Shown: positions 27,230 through 40,934, numbered from the stretch's first letter. The stretch is DNA of 64,000 nucleotides from Eledone cirrhosa (GCA_964016885.1 OZ024740.1:342240001-342304000), one strand, 5' to 3'. Translations and numbers: made by a program. Notes: generated from the letters alone by a model not told the origin.

Positions 27230-27796
27230 GTCACGTCACCAGTTGGTGCTGCTGGTAACATGTATCCCAGTACAACCTGTCTCATGGTCGGGTCGTTGGC
27301 GACTAAACTGGCAACCCCACCAAGGTTTCTTGGTGAGGAGGGTGACTGGACATCCTGCAGGACTAAAAACAAAACCTGTCAAAGGGCAAAGGAGCTCTTA
27401 AGAGTCAATGGCCATCCAAAATCACCGGGAGAGATGACCCCTTAGCCTCAAGGCAGAATTCTAGGAGAAGGAAAACTCTGATATAACACCTGCAACCCTG
27501 ATGGTATCCAATGATGTTGACTTGTTCTTCTTTTTGGTAAATATCATCTTGGTTAAGAGAGTGGGACTGGCTTTGTGCAGTGCCTTTGCTCACTATAAAG
27601 CTTCACGGCACAGGCATTGCTTTATATCTGGAGATCTCTCTGCACTTGTCGATATAATTGTCACAGGTGCAGTGTTTGTACCAGAGTTTTCAAGTCGCTG
27701 GGTGGACTAAAAAGTCACACTTGTTTAGCGCATCGGTAGGGGTTCTCCTACACGGATATAAAGTAGTGGCCGTACTCGAAAACGAGTTGGCAGCCA

Positions 27797-27801
<5 letters not shown>
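27230..27801 (+). mobile_element. Bipartite non-autonomous RTE derivative (5' UTR joined to 3' end)
   Basis: TCTAGGAGAAGGAAAACTCTGAT (RTE 5' UTR-like) joined to [20 protein letters not shown] zinc-finger remnant and a microsatellite tail. Confidence 0.6.
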
Positions 27802-27895
<94 letters not shown>

Positions 27896-27920
27896 TACAC
27901 AGATATATATATATATATAT

Positions 27921-27967
<47 letters not shown>

Positions 27968-28337
27968 CATATATATACATATATATACACTCATAGGCTG
28001 AGAGAGAAAGAGAAAGAGAGATGTGTATATATATATGTCAACATGGTGTTTACACTAATGTATTGAGTACCTTACTATATATATATACATCTTGGGAATT
28101 TTACCTGCCCAATATATATATTATATATATATATATAAATATATATATATACATCTCAGGAATTTTACCTGCCCAATATATATATATATATACATACACA
28201 GACACACACATATATATATGTATGTGTGTGTGTGTGTGTGTGTGAGTTTGTGTGTAAATCCCAGGTTCAACTGGGGGGGGGGGGGGTAACTACCGTAAGT
28301 AAGGTACTCTATACATTAATAGAGTGTAAACATCATG

Positions 28338-28467
28338 TTTAATATAGAGATGGGTTCTACAGGACTAGAACTGTTTCATTCAAAAGAAATTACCAGGAAA
28401 GGGCTTTCCTGATGATTTCTTTTGAATGATTGAATCAGTTCTAGTCCTGTAGAAGCCATTTCTATAT

Positions 28468-28471
<4 letters not shown>
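28338..28471. repeat. Short fold-back containing a degenerate HHR-like core
   Basis: Arms TAATATAGAGATGGGTTCTACAGGACTAGAACTG... / ...CAGTTCTAGTCCTGTAGAAGCCATTTCTATATTA; CTGATGA at 28409; single arm again at 30140-30190. Confidence 0.7.
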
Positions 28472-28512
<41 letters not shown>

Positions 28513-28703
28513 GAGTTAAACAATATTCAACGAGTATATCAAAGAATGAGTTTTACAGTAGATTGGAAGCACTCTATGGGAAATAATTTTCCAGAGTTAT
28601 TAATATTAAAATACAAATATTAATAAAATAGATGTTCTTTTTATGACTACCTTTGATTAAATCTTAACCATTTAACATCTCAGGGTATGTCATATATCAT
28701 TAT

Positions 28704-28756
28704 ATTTTGTCTGATGAGGACGTACTATTGTACATCCGAAATATGTATAATAAAAT
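28704..28756 (+). ncRNA. Minimal type I hammerhead ribozyme
   Basis: ATTTTGT-CTGATGA-GGACGTAC(TATT)GTACATCC-GAAA-TATGTAT-A-ATAAAAT, inside a 42-bp inverted repeat (28603-28644 / 28764-28805) flanked by (AT)n. Confidence 0.8.
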
Positions 28757-28796
28757 GTAATTGATAAAAAGAACATCTATTTTATTAATATTTGTA

Positions 28797-28857
<61 letters not shown>

Positions 28858-29028
28858 TGTATGTATGTATGTGTCTGTATGTGTAAATGGTAAACAGAAA
28901 TAACAAAGCAAATGACAGTACATGGAAGAAATATATTTGTTTAACAGATATATATAATATATATACATATATATATATATACAGTATATATATATATATA
29001 TTTATATTTATATTTTTATATATATATA

Positions 29029-29084
<56 letters not shown>

Positions 29085-30308
29085 AAGAGGGAGGGAGGAG
29101 TGGTGAAGAAACAAAGTTTTGCCAAGTCAGAAAAAAATAAAGTATTGTCATATATAGGTATTGTTTAGCCCTTGGTAAGCCTTGATCAAGTAGACCTATG
29201 TATGATCCAAGTCTTTCCATTCGTGGTTTTGAGATAGTAGAGTGTGATTTGAGTGACATTTGTCTGCTATTTCTGGCAGGTTAAAGCGAGTTCCCGTGTC
29301 TATAATGTTGTTGGTGGAGGTGGGTGTGGGTTGATCGAGGAGGTTCTGGTGGTGGTGGGTGGTGGTGGTGATGGAAGTGGTTGTGGTGGTTTGTGGAAGT
29401 GGCGGTGGGGGTAATAGTGGTGGGTGGTGGGTTGTGATAGAATCAACTGTTGCCGAAACAAGACTTCAGCATCAGCTAACATCCTCTACTTCCTCCCACA
29501 CACGCAATCATGTATTTGAGGATAGTTACTCACACACACACACATACACACACTCAAACACAGACACATACGTATTCACAGAAAAACACAAATATGTATT
29601 TGTGATTTGTTGCCCCCCCCCCCCCCACACACACACACTCACACTCACATATATATATATATAGACACACAAACACGTACACATTTTCACACCCATTCAC
29701 AAAAAAGACAAATATATATTTGTGGCTAGTTACACACACACGCACACATACATACTTACAAACATACATACAAACATACATACATACATATCCACACACA
29801 TACACATACACATACGCGCACACACACACGCACGCACAGACATATACACACACACACAAACACAGACCCAGGAAAATATAAGTTCCAAATTGTTCAACAG
29901 TCAAACGATGTTTACTGCAGAGTGAGGATTTTATTGGTTACATGTGAGTTCCTCTACCCCAGCTAACCTAACTTTAACAGCCAGCCATGCCTTACACCCA
30001 ATACCACTTAAATAACTCTTGACTTTACTATTATTGCTGGTAAGTTCCTTCTATTTATTTTTCACGTTGTATTCCTTTTTATTTTCTTTATTACATATAT
30101 TACGTCCAACTTCTCCGTTGGTCTATTCTATATCAAGTTTAATATAGAAATTTCTTCTACAGGACTAGAACTGTTTCATTCAAAAGAAATCCCGGGACTC
30201 ATATATATATGTATATATGTTATTATTATTATATGTCTACATTCTTATATTGTATTGTCATTATAGAAAATATATTGTTCCACACACGTACACTCATACA
30301 CACACAAT

Positions 30309-30638
<330 letters not shown>

Positions 30639-30667
30639 TGTATGTATGTATGTATGTATGTATGTAC

Positions 30668-31076
30668 GGGAGAGATGACCCCTTAGCCTTTGTCAAGGCA
30701 GAATTCTAGGAGAAGGAAAACTCTGATATAACACCTGCAACCCTGATGGTATCCAATGATGTTGGCTTGTTCTTCTTTTTGGTAACTATCATCTTGGTTA
30801 AGAGAGTGGGACTGGCTTTGTGCAGTGCCTTTGCTCACTATAAAAGCTTCACGGCACAGGCATTGCTTTATATCTGGAGTTCTCTCTGCACTTGTCGTCA
30901 CATGGTCCCATGGGCCCAGCACTGTGTCAATAATTGTCACAGGTGCAGTGTTTGTACCAGAGTTTTCAAGTCGCTGGGTGGACTAAAAAGTCACACTTGT
31001 TTAGCGCATCGGTAGGGGTTCTCCTACATGGATGTAAAGTAGTGGCCGTACTCGAAAACGAGTTGGCAGCCACCAT
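30668..31076 (+). mobile_element. Bipartite non-autonomous RTE derivative, second copy
   Basis: Highly similar to 27428-27801; ends GGCAGCCACCAT-(GTAT)n. Confidence 0.65.
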
Positions 31077-31159
31077 GTATGTATGTATGTATGTATGTAT
31101 GTATGTATGTATGTATGTATGTATGTATGTATGTATGTATGTATGTATGTATGTATGTG

Positions 31160-31240
<81 letters not shown>

Positions 31241-31665
31241 ATGTATATATACACAATTGTATTAATAATATTACAAATAGAAAAAAAGAAAAGGTGCAGC
31301 CATGGTTGTGTAGTCGGGAGTTCGTTTTGCATCTGGTTTCAGGCACAATGCACAGACACCTTGACCAAGTGTTTTCTACTATAGCTTTCATCGTTGTTGT
31401 ATGCCATTGTATAACAATGAATGTATGTTCTACAAAATATATTGTTTCATACACACCAAACTCAGATGTCATGCACGCAGACACAACACACACAGACACT
31501 ACGCACACACACGCGCTCCCTCCCCTCACATACACCCAACCACCCATACACACACACAATGAAAATAAAACAAGTCGGAGATAGGTGGTTAATTAGTTCA
31601 TTGTTTTATGATCGTTTCAGAGGGTTGATTGATCATTGTAGATCGATATACCCACTAGCATATAA

Positions 31666-31732
<67 letters not shown>

Positions 31733-31775
31733 CAATATATTAATAAATGGAAACTATATTTATAAAACCATAATT

Positions 31776-31838
31776 ATTTTATTAGATATATTTCAAGGGC
31801 GACCAAGCCAATCTTGGTGCACTTTCATCAGATAAAAT
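31776..31838 (-). ncRNA. Minimal type I hammerhead ribozyme (stem III mutated)
   Basis: Minus strand: ATTTTAT-CTGATGA-AAGTGCACCAAG..CTTGGTCGCCCTT-GAAA-TATATCT-A-ATAAAAT. Confidence 0.75.
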
Positions 31839-31898
31839 ACAAAATTTGTTTTATAAATAGTGACATAACCATGGAAAACAACCTTGACGGTTGAAAAT

Positions 31899-31959
<61 letters not shown>

Positions 31960-31981
31960 ATATTTATAAAACAAACTTTGT

Positions 31982-32040
31982 ATTTTATCTGATGATAGCG
32001 TACCAAAGTTTTGGTACCCTTGAAATATATATAATAAAAT
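31982..32040 (+). ncRNA. Minimal type I hammerhead ribozyme
   Basis: ATTTTAT-CTGATGA-TAGCGTACCAAA(GT)TTTGGTACCCTT-GAAA-TATATAT-A-ATAAAAT. Confidence 0.82.
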
Positions 32041-32170
32041 AAATATGGTTTTATAAATACAGTTTCCATTTATTAATATCATTGATATTATACTCCAGAA
32101 AACTTGTCGAGTGCTTCGAATCAGTTATAAATATATATATTTGTTGAATTACCAACAAATTAAATATCCC

Positions 32171-32242
<72 letters not shown>

Positions 32243-32339
32243 ATATGTGTGTGTGTGTGAAAGTGCGTAACTTAGAGTTTAGAATGGTGGATTCTCAATC
32301 ACAAGATAGTGAGTTCGACCCACTGTCATGCTGCCAGTG

Positions 32340-32700
32340 CGCAGACCTGTTTCCCTGACATGCCGCTTCCAACAACATATTGAGGGGCCTAGATGCAGCC
32401 CAACTTACCATCACAATTGGAGCCACCAGTCCTCGACCGCGGAGGCGGCAAGCGCCCCGACGGAATTACCCTCTTCCCATTCGAAGGAGATAAATTCCTT
32501 ATCTGGGATGCGACATACCGTGCCACGTTCTCTGCCTCCAGCTTAGTCGCTTCGGCGACAAACCCCGGTACCGCGGCCGCAATGCAGAGGGGAGGAAGAC
32601 AAGCAAATATCGGGCCTTGTCCGGCCGCTTCCAGTTTGCACCGGTTGCTGTCAAAACCTCAGGCGTCCTCGGATACCGTAAAGTCGGAACGTCAACAGCT
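32340..32700 (+). mobile_element. Restriction-like endonuclease fragment of an RLE non-LTR element (CRE-like)
   Basis: LEPPVLDRGGGKRPDGITLFPFEGDKFLIWDAT (PD..D motif). Confidence 0.7.
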
Positions 32701-32826
32701 CGTCTGAGGAAGGAGGCCGACAAGCTGGTCTGCCTAAATCTATAATAACCGGATGTAATATCGAAACTATTGTAAAAAGCAATAAATATACAAGAACTAT
32801 ATTTTATCATGCTCCTTTGCTATATA

Positions 32827-32955
<129 letters not shown>

Positions 32956-33271
32956 TTCTGACCTGTTTAACCCCACCTCCAACTTCACCACTTTACCTTC
33001 ATAAAGAACATATATATAAGAAACTCACATATATTCAAACTGCTCAAAGGATACATAAAAAAACAAGCAAAAAAAAAAATATCCAATACTTAATATCTAA
33101 TATTTGATAATATTATTATACCAATCGAAACTGGTTATATTTAATGCAACAATTATAGAATTATTCATTCTATCAGATTAAAGAAAAAATAATCTTTGAA
33201 TATACTTTTGTGCATTTTCACCTTCAATTTTTAACCACAACATTTATTTTGTATAGAACTTTAAGTTCTAT

Positions 33272-33341
<70 letters not shown>

Positions 33342-33480
33342 CCAAAAGTTTAACAAGGTTCATTGATTAATCAATGAATAAAGTTTAACAATAGATTAGA
33401 AACACTCAACTGATGTTTTCTGGAGTTATTAATATTACTTCAAAATATTAATAAATATAGACATTCATGTGATCAAATAT

Positions 33481-33544
33481 ATTTTATTATACATATTTCA
33501 GAGGTACTGAGCTATTTCATCAATACGTCCTCATCAGATAAAAT
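33481..33544 (-). ncRNA. Minimal type I hammerhead ribozyme (related to the 28704 copy)
   Basis: Minus strand: ATTTTAT-CTGATGA-GGACGTATTGA...TCAGTACCTCT-GAAA-TATGTAT-A-ATAAAAT. Confidence 0.75.
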
Positions 33545-33795
33545 AAATTGATGTCTGACATACCTCAACTGTGCCTTGAAATATATATAATAGAATAAAT
33601 ATGGTTTTATAAATTTTAGTTTCCATTTATTTAATATCATTGTATGTATGTATATATATGCAGAGGTTATATTTAATTTGTTGGGATTCAACAAGCTTAA
33701 ACATTTTTTATAACTGATATAAAGCACTCAACAAGTTAGTGGAGTAAATACACAATATATTAATAAATGGAAACTATATTTATAAAACCATATTT

Positions 33796-33859
33796 ATTTT
33801 ATTATATATATTTCAAGGGCAACCAAGGCAAATTATGGTGCGCTTTCATCAGATAAAAT
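33796..33859 (-). ncRNA. Minimal type I hammerhead ribozyme
   Basis: Reverse complement of 33984-34047. Confidence 0.82.
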
Positions 33860-33983
33860 ACGGATTTGTTTTATAAATAAATATTGACATACCCGGAAAA
33901 AAGACAACCTTAACGGTTGGAGCTATCCAGGAAGGTTGTCTTTTTTCCGGGTATGTCAATATTTATTTATAAAACAAATCCGT

Positions 33984-34047
33984 ATTTTATCTGATGAAAG
34001 CGCACCATAATTTGCCTTGGTTGCCCTTGAAATATATATAATAAAAT
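33984..34047 (+). ncRNA. Minimal type I hammerhead ribozyme
   Basis: ATTTTAT-CTGATGA-AAGCGCACCA...TGGTTGCCCTT-GAAA-TATATAT-A-ATAAAAT. Confidence 0.82.
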
Positions 34048-34240
34048 AAATATGGTTTTATAAATATAGTTTCCATTTATTAATATATTGTATATATATA
34101 TATACATAATGAAGCAACGTAGTAAAGGACTCGCGTTAGATAGAGTCTATTGAGCTTACTTATTGAGAAACACAAAATTCTTAACATTTGATGTTTTGAT
34201 TCATAATACACACACATACATATATATATATATACATATA

Positions 34241-34327
<87 letters not shown>

Positions 34328-34329
<2 letters not shown>

Positions 34330-35500
34330 CATCATCATCATCATCTTCGTTTAACGTCCATCTTCCACGCCAGCATGGGTTAGACGGGAGTTGTCCCACT
34401 TGAGGCAAGGTAGGTCGGGTGACCGTGTCTCGCTCATATAGGACTATCTGGCAGGTTTTCTACGGCTGGATGCCCTTCCTAACACCAACCACATTTACAG
34501 TGTGGAACTGGTAACTTTTTACCGTGTTACCTACACGACCACATTGCAGCGTAGACAGTGTTTTTTTTTTTTCTTTTTGTCGTGACACCTACTCGATCTC
34601 GATCTCATTATCTCATTTATTTGGACTGGATGTTGTGGTACCAACGTTACAGAGAGAGGGTGCTGTTGGTGGGAGTGGGGGGATAGGATAGGGGTAGTGG
34701 ATTGGGGTGTATATTTGGTTAAGAGGTACCTACTGACTGTAGGTTTCGCTTTGTACATAGGCAAAGCGGGTCTTCTGTATTACTGCATAACGCCAAAGAT
34801 CTCGGTCCAGTGACATTGTCTTAGAGAGGTGCAAGTGTGTAAGGTCGGAATTTATCAGATCGTCCCAGGTTTTTCTGGGTCTACCTACTCCGTAACTACC
34901 ATCAATTTTAATCGCCCTGCACTTTTTTATACAGCTGTCGTCTTTCATGCGCATTACGTGGCCATACCAACGTAGTCTTCTCTTAAGTAAACAGCATCTG
35001 ATCCCTCTAATTCCTAATTTCTCACTTACTTCATTTATGCTTTGCCGTTCACGTATATTACTATTACACATCCAAAGGAGCATGCATGCTTCGTTCCTTT
35101 CCAGTCTGCGCAGGTCCTCTGCACGTAATGCCCATGTTGCACTGCCATGTAGCATTGCAGTTTGTATACAAGCATCATACAATCTGCCTTTCATTTTTAG
35201 AGAGAAACCTTTTGTGGCCAACAGCGGTATAAGCTCTCTGAACCTTTTTCATCCCGTTTTGACTCTGGCTACTGTACTTTCAGAACACTCTCCACCACTG
35301 CTGATTTTGTCACCCAGGTAAAGGAAAGTGTCTACTATTTCTATAGAACCATCTGGGCAGTAGAAGGAGCTAGTATCCTGTGGACACTTGCTACTTATTG
35401 CACCTGAGCATCGGCCAGATATATAATCTACGTTCTTAGATAGTTTACCTGTGATCCCACTACATCTTTTATGTACCCATACTTTGCATTTGGGACATAA
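34328..35500 (-). mobile_element. RTE LINE 3' fragment (same family as 7127-9233)
   Basis: ORF 34730-35221 (KGFSLKMKGRLYDAC...RRLRWYGHVMR), UTR and tail; truncated at an (AT)n tract. Confidence 0.9.
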
Positions 35501-35586
35501 AATTATGATATATAATATATGTATATATATAATATATTTTTATATATATATGTATATAATATATATAAATATATGTATATATATAT

Positions 35587-35731
<145 letters not shown>

Positions 35732-35772
35732 TCAGATGTGAGAAAAACCACAGACCGTCCATCTCAACTCTA

Positions 35773-35808
35773 CTTTTGAAAAGCAGAAGAACTGCGAAAC
35801 CGGTAAAG
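35773..35808 (+). ncRNA. Minimal HHR variant with U3-A8 core
   Basis: CTT-TTGAAAA-GCAG(AAGAA)CTGC-GAAA-CCGGT-A-AAG; palindromic stem III ACCGGT, GUA site; lies in a ~230-bp island between long (AT)n tracts. Confidence 0.6.
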
Positions 35809-35954
35809 GAACCAAATAATTATATATATTTAAAAAAAAAAAGACTCCAGTTGCATTTTCGATTTCATCTTTTTTTCTTTATACTTTCACTCGTGTAGGA
35901 CACCTCGGTTATTTTTCATTTTGTAAAAAACCCCCAAAACCCCCAAACCCTCAC

Positions 35955-36040
<86 letters not shown>

Positions 36041-36075
36041 AAATAAGAATTTCAGATTTTTGTGAAACTTTATTA

Positions 36076-36161
36076 CATATTACAATTGTTTTTATATCGA
36101 TCTGCTCGGGTTTGATCAGGCGATCGGATCCCGACTCTTAATCGATACTTCTTCAGATATG
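36076..36161 (-). ncRNA. Degenerate type I HHR (GAAA box mutated)
   Basis: Minus strand: CATAT-CTGAAGA-AGTATCGAT...ATCGATAT-AAAAA-CAATTGT-A-ATATG; island between (AT)n tracts. Confidence 0.6.
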
Positions 36162-36184
36162 CGAATTTACATAGGTCTCCCCAT

Positions 36185-36378
<194 letters not shown>

Positions 36379-36450
36379 CATACACTGTATAGTAGTTGTA
36401 GTGCTGTTGTTATGATAAAATGCACCCAGCGCACAGTCTTTGCCCATAGC

Positions 36451-36690
36451 GACGGTACTACTAGTCCATTCGGGGTCACAGTATTTGACAATTTGTCAAA
36501 CACAGTCCTTGGGACATCGAAATACGAAAACAAAATGAATTAAATGTACGGCATTTCGTCTGCGGGTCTAACTGGTTTTCTTCGTCACACATTGTCCGAC
36601 ATAAATGTCGTAATTTAATTCTATTCACTTAAGTTTTATTTCGGTTTCGTCTTGATATTCAAAGGACAGTGTTTGACTAACAGTACCGTC
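36451..36690. mobile_element. Old MITE-like inverted repeat
   Basis: GACGGTACT...GTCAAACACAGTCCTTGG versus CAAAGGACAGTGTTTGAC...AGTACCGTC. Confidence 0.5.
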
Positions 36691-37561
36691 TGTAGGGATC
36701 GAAACTGTACTCCAATTTCTTGATCATATTTTCATAAAAGCTGCTTGCTTGTAGTTTGTTTGAAATAGTAAAGTTTTTATGTCCATCATCAATGTTTCTA
36801 TGCTTTCATAGTCTCATCTTCGGAATGGAGTCATGTTGGTGCATTGCTGTCTCTTTATAGTCTTCATAGACCAGTATTTTTGATATAAAATCTCTAAAAG
36901 AAAAGATGTTCCTCATATATACAAATAATGCTACTATCAGATGCTCCCAATACACTCTGCAAAGTGATAGTGCTGATGGCAGGATAAAATGCACTTAGTA
37001 CATCCTGTTAGGTGGTAGTGCTGGTATCATGATAAAATGCACCCAGTATACTCAATAAAGAAACAAAATCACTGCAGTTATTAATTTCATTTCATTTGTT
37101 TCAAATGAAGCAACGAAGTAAAGGACTCGCGTTAGATAAAGTTTATTGAGCTTACTTAATGAGCTTACTTTTCAAATACATAAATATACATAACATTTAG
37201 GGGAAGTATGTCTCCTAAGGAGAAAATATCTAGACCTCACAATTTCATATTGATAACTGGAGATAATCCCGGTGGCAATTGAGCTATCAAATTAATGGGG
37301 CGCTAGATTAAAAAATATAAATATAAATAACATTGTAGTACTTCTATTACGTTATAAAGAAAGAAAGGTAAATAAAAAGAAAGTAACAGTTAGATTATAG
37401 ATTATAATAGACTGAGAAGGGGAGAAAGAGAAAGACAGAGAAAAAAAAAGGATCTGACGAGATTTACCACTCCTAAATTTTATGTATATATTACGTATTT
37501 CGAATAATTAGAGTAAGGATTTACTTCCATATCTGGAATATTACTTTAATGAGAATTTGAA

Positions 37562-37748
37562 TGGGTGGTGAATTGGCAGTATCGGTAGAGGGTCAGACGC
37601 CATGCTTTCTAGCATAGTTATGTCCCTTTATGATCTGAGTTCAAATCCCGCCGAGGTTAACTTTGCCTTTCATCCTTACGGGGTCGATAAAATAAAGTAC
37701 CAGTAATGTACTGGGTAATTGCTGGCCTTGTGCCAAAAAGTAGAAACA
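37562..37748 (+). mobile_element. tRNA-derived SINE, family A (full length)
   Basis: TGGCAGTATCGG A-box, GAGTTCAAATCC B-box; 19-bp TSD ATTACTTTAATGAGAATTT. Confidence 0.88.
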
Positions 37749-38288
37749 ATTACTTTAATGAGAATTTTTAACGAACCCTATCTTTACATACACTCCCATA
37801 CTTTACAGAATGCACTGTGCATTTTATCGTGACACCAACACTAAGAAGGTCGTTCCTCTCTATCCTTTGTTCGACAAATTTTCTACGGCTGGATGTCCTT
37901 CCTATCACAACCGACTTTTCAGAGTGTACTAGGTGCGTTTTATTGTGTCACCAACACTAAAGAGGTTGTATCCTTGACTCGATTGAAGTGTTCTCTCGAC
38001 CCATTTGTGGCATGATTTCTGCAGCTGTATGCACTTCCTATCATCACCCTCCTTACAGAGTGTACTGGGTGCATTTTCCCTGGCACTAGCACAAGAGAAT
38101 ACTCCTCTCAATCCTTTTAAGGCATGGTTTCTACTACTAGTATCTCCATCCAACACCAACCACCCCATAGAGTATTCTGTGTGTGTGTGTGTGCGTGTGT
38201 GTATGTGTGTGTGTATGTGTGTGTGTGTGTGCGTGTGTGCGTGTGTGTGTATGTGTGTGTGTGTGTGTGTGCGTGTGTGTATGTGTGT

Positions 38289-38324
<36 letters not shown>

Positions 38325-38334
38325 GTGCGTGTGT

Positions 38335-38374
<40 letters not shown>

Positions 38375-38376
38375 GT

Positions 38377-38423
<47 letters not shown>

Positions 38424-38654
38424 TGTGTACCCCTTGTGTCAAAGAGATTAAAATTATTTTTAGGGTTTGCAGATAAAAGCAAGAATAAAGTATAAATACA
38501 AACATAGCTATAAACATAATTGGAAGGGATCCTTGGGGGATGCAAAGGATGGGTTTCTGAAGGATTCGTAGAAGAAGAAAAGAAAAAAGGAAGGCAAGAA
38601 AGAGAGAAAGTAGATGTTTCCTTGGAATTATGATTTTTCCTTTTATCTTGTGCT

Positions 38655-38719
<65 letters not shown>

Positions 38720-38759
38720 CACACGCGTGTGTGTGTAGTAGCAAATGTTTGCATACAGG

Positions 38760-39250
38760 TGTGTTTAAATTGGTTCTCTCCTTCTGCAGATCCCTATTTA
38801 TTGTTTATTGTCGATTATTGCATATTGAATTGTGGTTTGTATTGTTTAATGACTTGCTTTTCTTTATTTATTCTCTGTTGTTGAGTGAAAGAGTTTGAGC
38901 ATTTGTAGAACGCGAAAATTTTGAAGTTGGGTAAGTCTGTTCCTGCGGATACTACAGTGTGATTACTTAAGGGGATTTGTATCGTGCTCTCATCGCAAAT
39001 TTGTTGGCGGTGTATAATCATTCTTTTGCGTAATGAAATTCGCATCTGTCCTATGTAATTTTGCAAACATCCATAGCATGTAATCACATAGATTAGGTTT
39101 TCTGAGTTGCAGGTGACATTTTTTTAATCTGAAGGTTTGTTCATCCTTAAATTTGAATTCTGGTCTTTCGATTAGATATAGGCAGGTACCACAATTTGTT
39201 CTTCCGCACTGTGTAATAGTAGGGTTGGGGATTTTGCTAGGTTAAACTGA
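38760..39250 (-). mobile_element. PLE GIY-YIG 3' fragment
   Basis: CGRTNCGTC...VTCNSENLIYVITCYGCLQNYIGQMRISLRKRMIIHRQQI. Confidence 0.8.
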
Positions 39251-40333
39251 ATGTTCAGTTTCGTGTGTTTTGGGTGACTTGATGTAAAAAGAAGGTACTT
39301 TTTGTAGTTCGTTTGTTTTTGAAATCATAATATCTTAAAAAGGTATTAAACTCCATTGAGAATTGGATGTTGCTTGTTAAGGTTATTTTAATATTTTGGA
39401 ATTCTATGAGTGTATCAAGATTCTTCTGCCCTAAAATGAACCAATCGTCCAGAAATGAAAAGACAAACACAGAGATGCAAAAAAACAAAACAAAAAACAA
39501 AAAAAAAACAAAGTCTTATTAGTATCACACTAAGGAAGAAATAGAAGAGGGTTTGGCGTTTCAGAAATAAGTCCTTTTACAGGAAATGGAGAGTTCGGAG
39601 AGAGAGAGGAAAGGTTCGAACTTCGGAGTTTGGAAAAAAGGTTTTAAGAAGGCTGGGGGTGGTAGGCGAGTTGTCCAGCATTCGGGTGTGGGGGTCGAGG
39701 TGGAGAGTCCAGGTGTGTCATGGGTGTTGTTATGTGTGCAGATGGAGTGCATTTAATGGGTGTACATTATTGCTTCTGTCTGTGTGTCTGGTTGGTGTAT
39801 AGTTGACGGAAGTGCGCGTGCGTGAGTCTGCGAAATTTTAATGTATTTTTTGTGTGTGTACGTACGAGTATGTTTTCTTACATTGTGTGTACACGTACGT
39901 GTATGAGTGTGTGTGTTTATGTATGAGTGTGTGTGTGTGTGTGTGTGTAAGTGTGTATGTGCGTGTGTACACGTGTGTGTCTGTGAGAGTTTTTGTATTG
40001 TTTGTGTGTGTGCACGTACGTGTGTGTATGTTTATATGTGTTTTTTTAAAAAGTTTTGTGCGTGTGTGTATGATTTTTGTATGAGTGAGTGTGTATATGT
40101 TTATGTATGAGTGTGTTGTGGCTTTTTTGTATTGTTTGTGTGTGTGAGTGTGCACGTTTGTATGTGTATCGAGTGGCCCTATGAATTCTTTTTAGGGTAT
40201 GTGTGTGTATGTCTGTGTATGAGTGTGTGGGTGTGTATGCAAATATACGTGTATCAGAATTTTTCAAATGTTTTTTTTTGCACATACATACATACATGCA
40301 AACATACATACATACATGCATACATACATACAT

Positions 40334-40657
40334 CACTGGCACTCCGTCGGTGACGACGACGAATGGTCCAGTTGATATGATCAACGGAACAGTCTGTTCG
40401 TGAAATTAACGTGTAAGTGGCTGAACATTCCACAGACACGCGTACCCTTAACGTAGTTCTCAGGGAGATTCAGCGTTACACAGAATGTGACAAGGCTGGC
40501 ACATCGAATTACAGGCACAACTCATTTTTGCCAGCTGAGTGTACTGGAGCAGCATGAAATAAAGTGTCTTGCTCAAGGACACAACGTACCGCCAGGAAAC
40601 GAACTCACGACATTACGATTGTAAGCCGAATACCCTAACCACAAAGTCACGCGCCTT
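40334..40657 (-). mobile_element. tRNA-derived SINE, family C
   Basis: Minus-strand tRNA-like head and the same core as family B but a different 3' part; (ATGT)n tail; second copy 41405-41912. Confidence 0.8.
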
Positions 40658-40831
40658 CATATACAAATACATACATACATCTGTCTGTATATGTATGTAT
40701 ATCTAGAAACTACATTAAATAAATGTTTGGCGTATAATCTGTATATAGACTATTCGAAATTTCAACATTAGTTCTCCCCGACACTCAAACACGCGCAGAG
40801 AGAGAGAGAGAGACTGAGAGAGAGAGAGAAA

Positions 40832-40934
<103 letters not shown>

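Larger units (their letters stand above)
31731..32173. mobile_element. Inverted pair of HHR-bearing PLE pLTRs around (AT)n
   Basis: Diverged inverted arms; the right arm carries a ~95-bp extra tail. Confidence 0.75.
33660..34090. mobile_element. Fold-back pLTR element: 159-bp arms (33753-33911 / 33932-34090) plus a tail on the left arm
   Basis: Arms appear perfectly complementary by eye; 20-nt spacer; each arm carries an HHR; flanked by AT microsatellite. Confidence 0.88.

Noticed and set aside
38540-38580. HHR downstream of the PLE fragment at 38760-39250
   Set aside because: CTGAAGGA lies on the wrong strand and no stems could be assigned.
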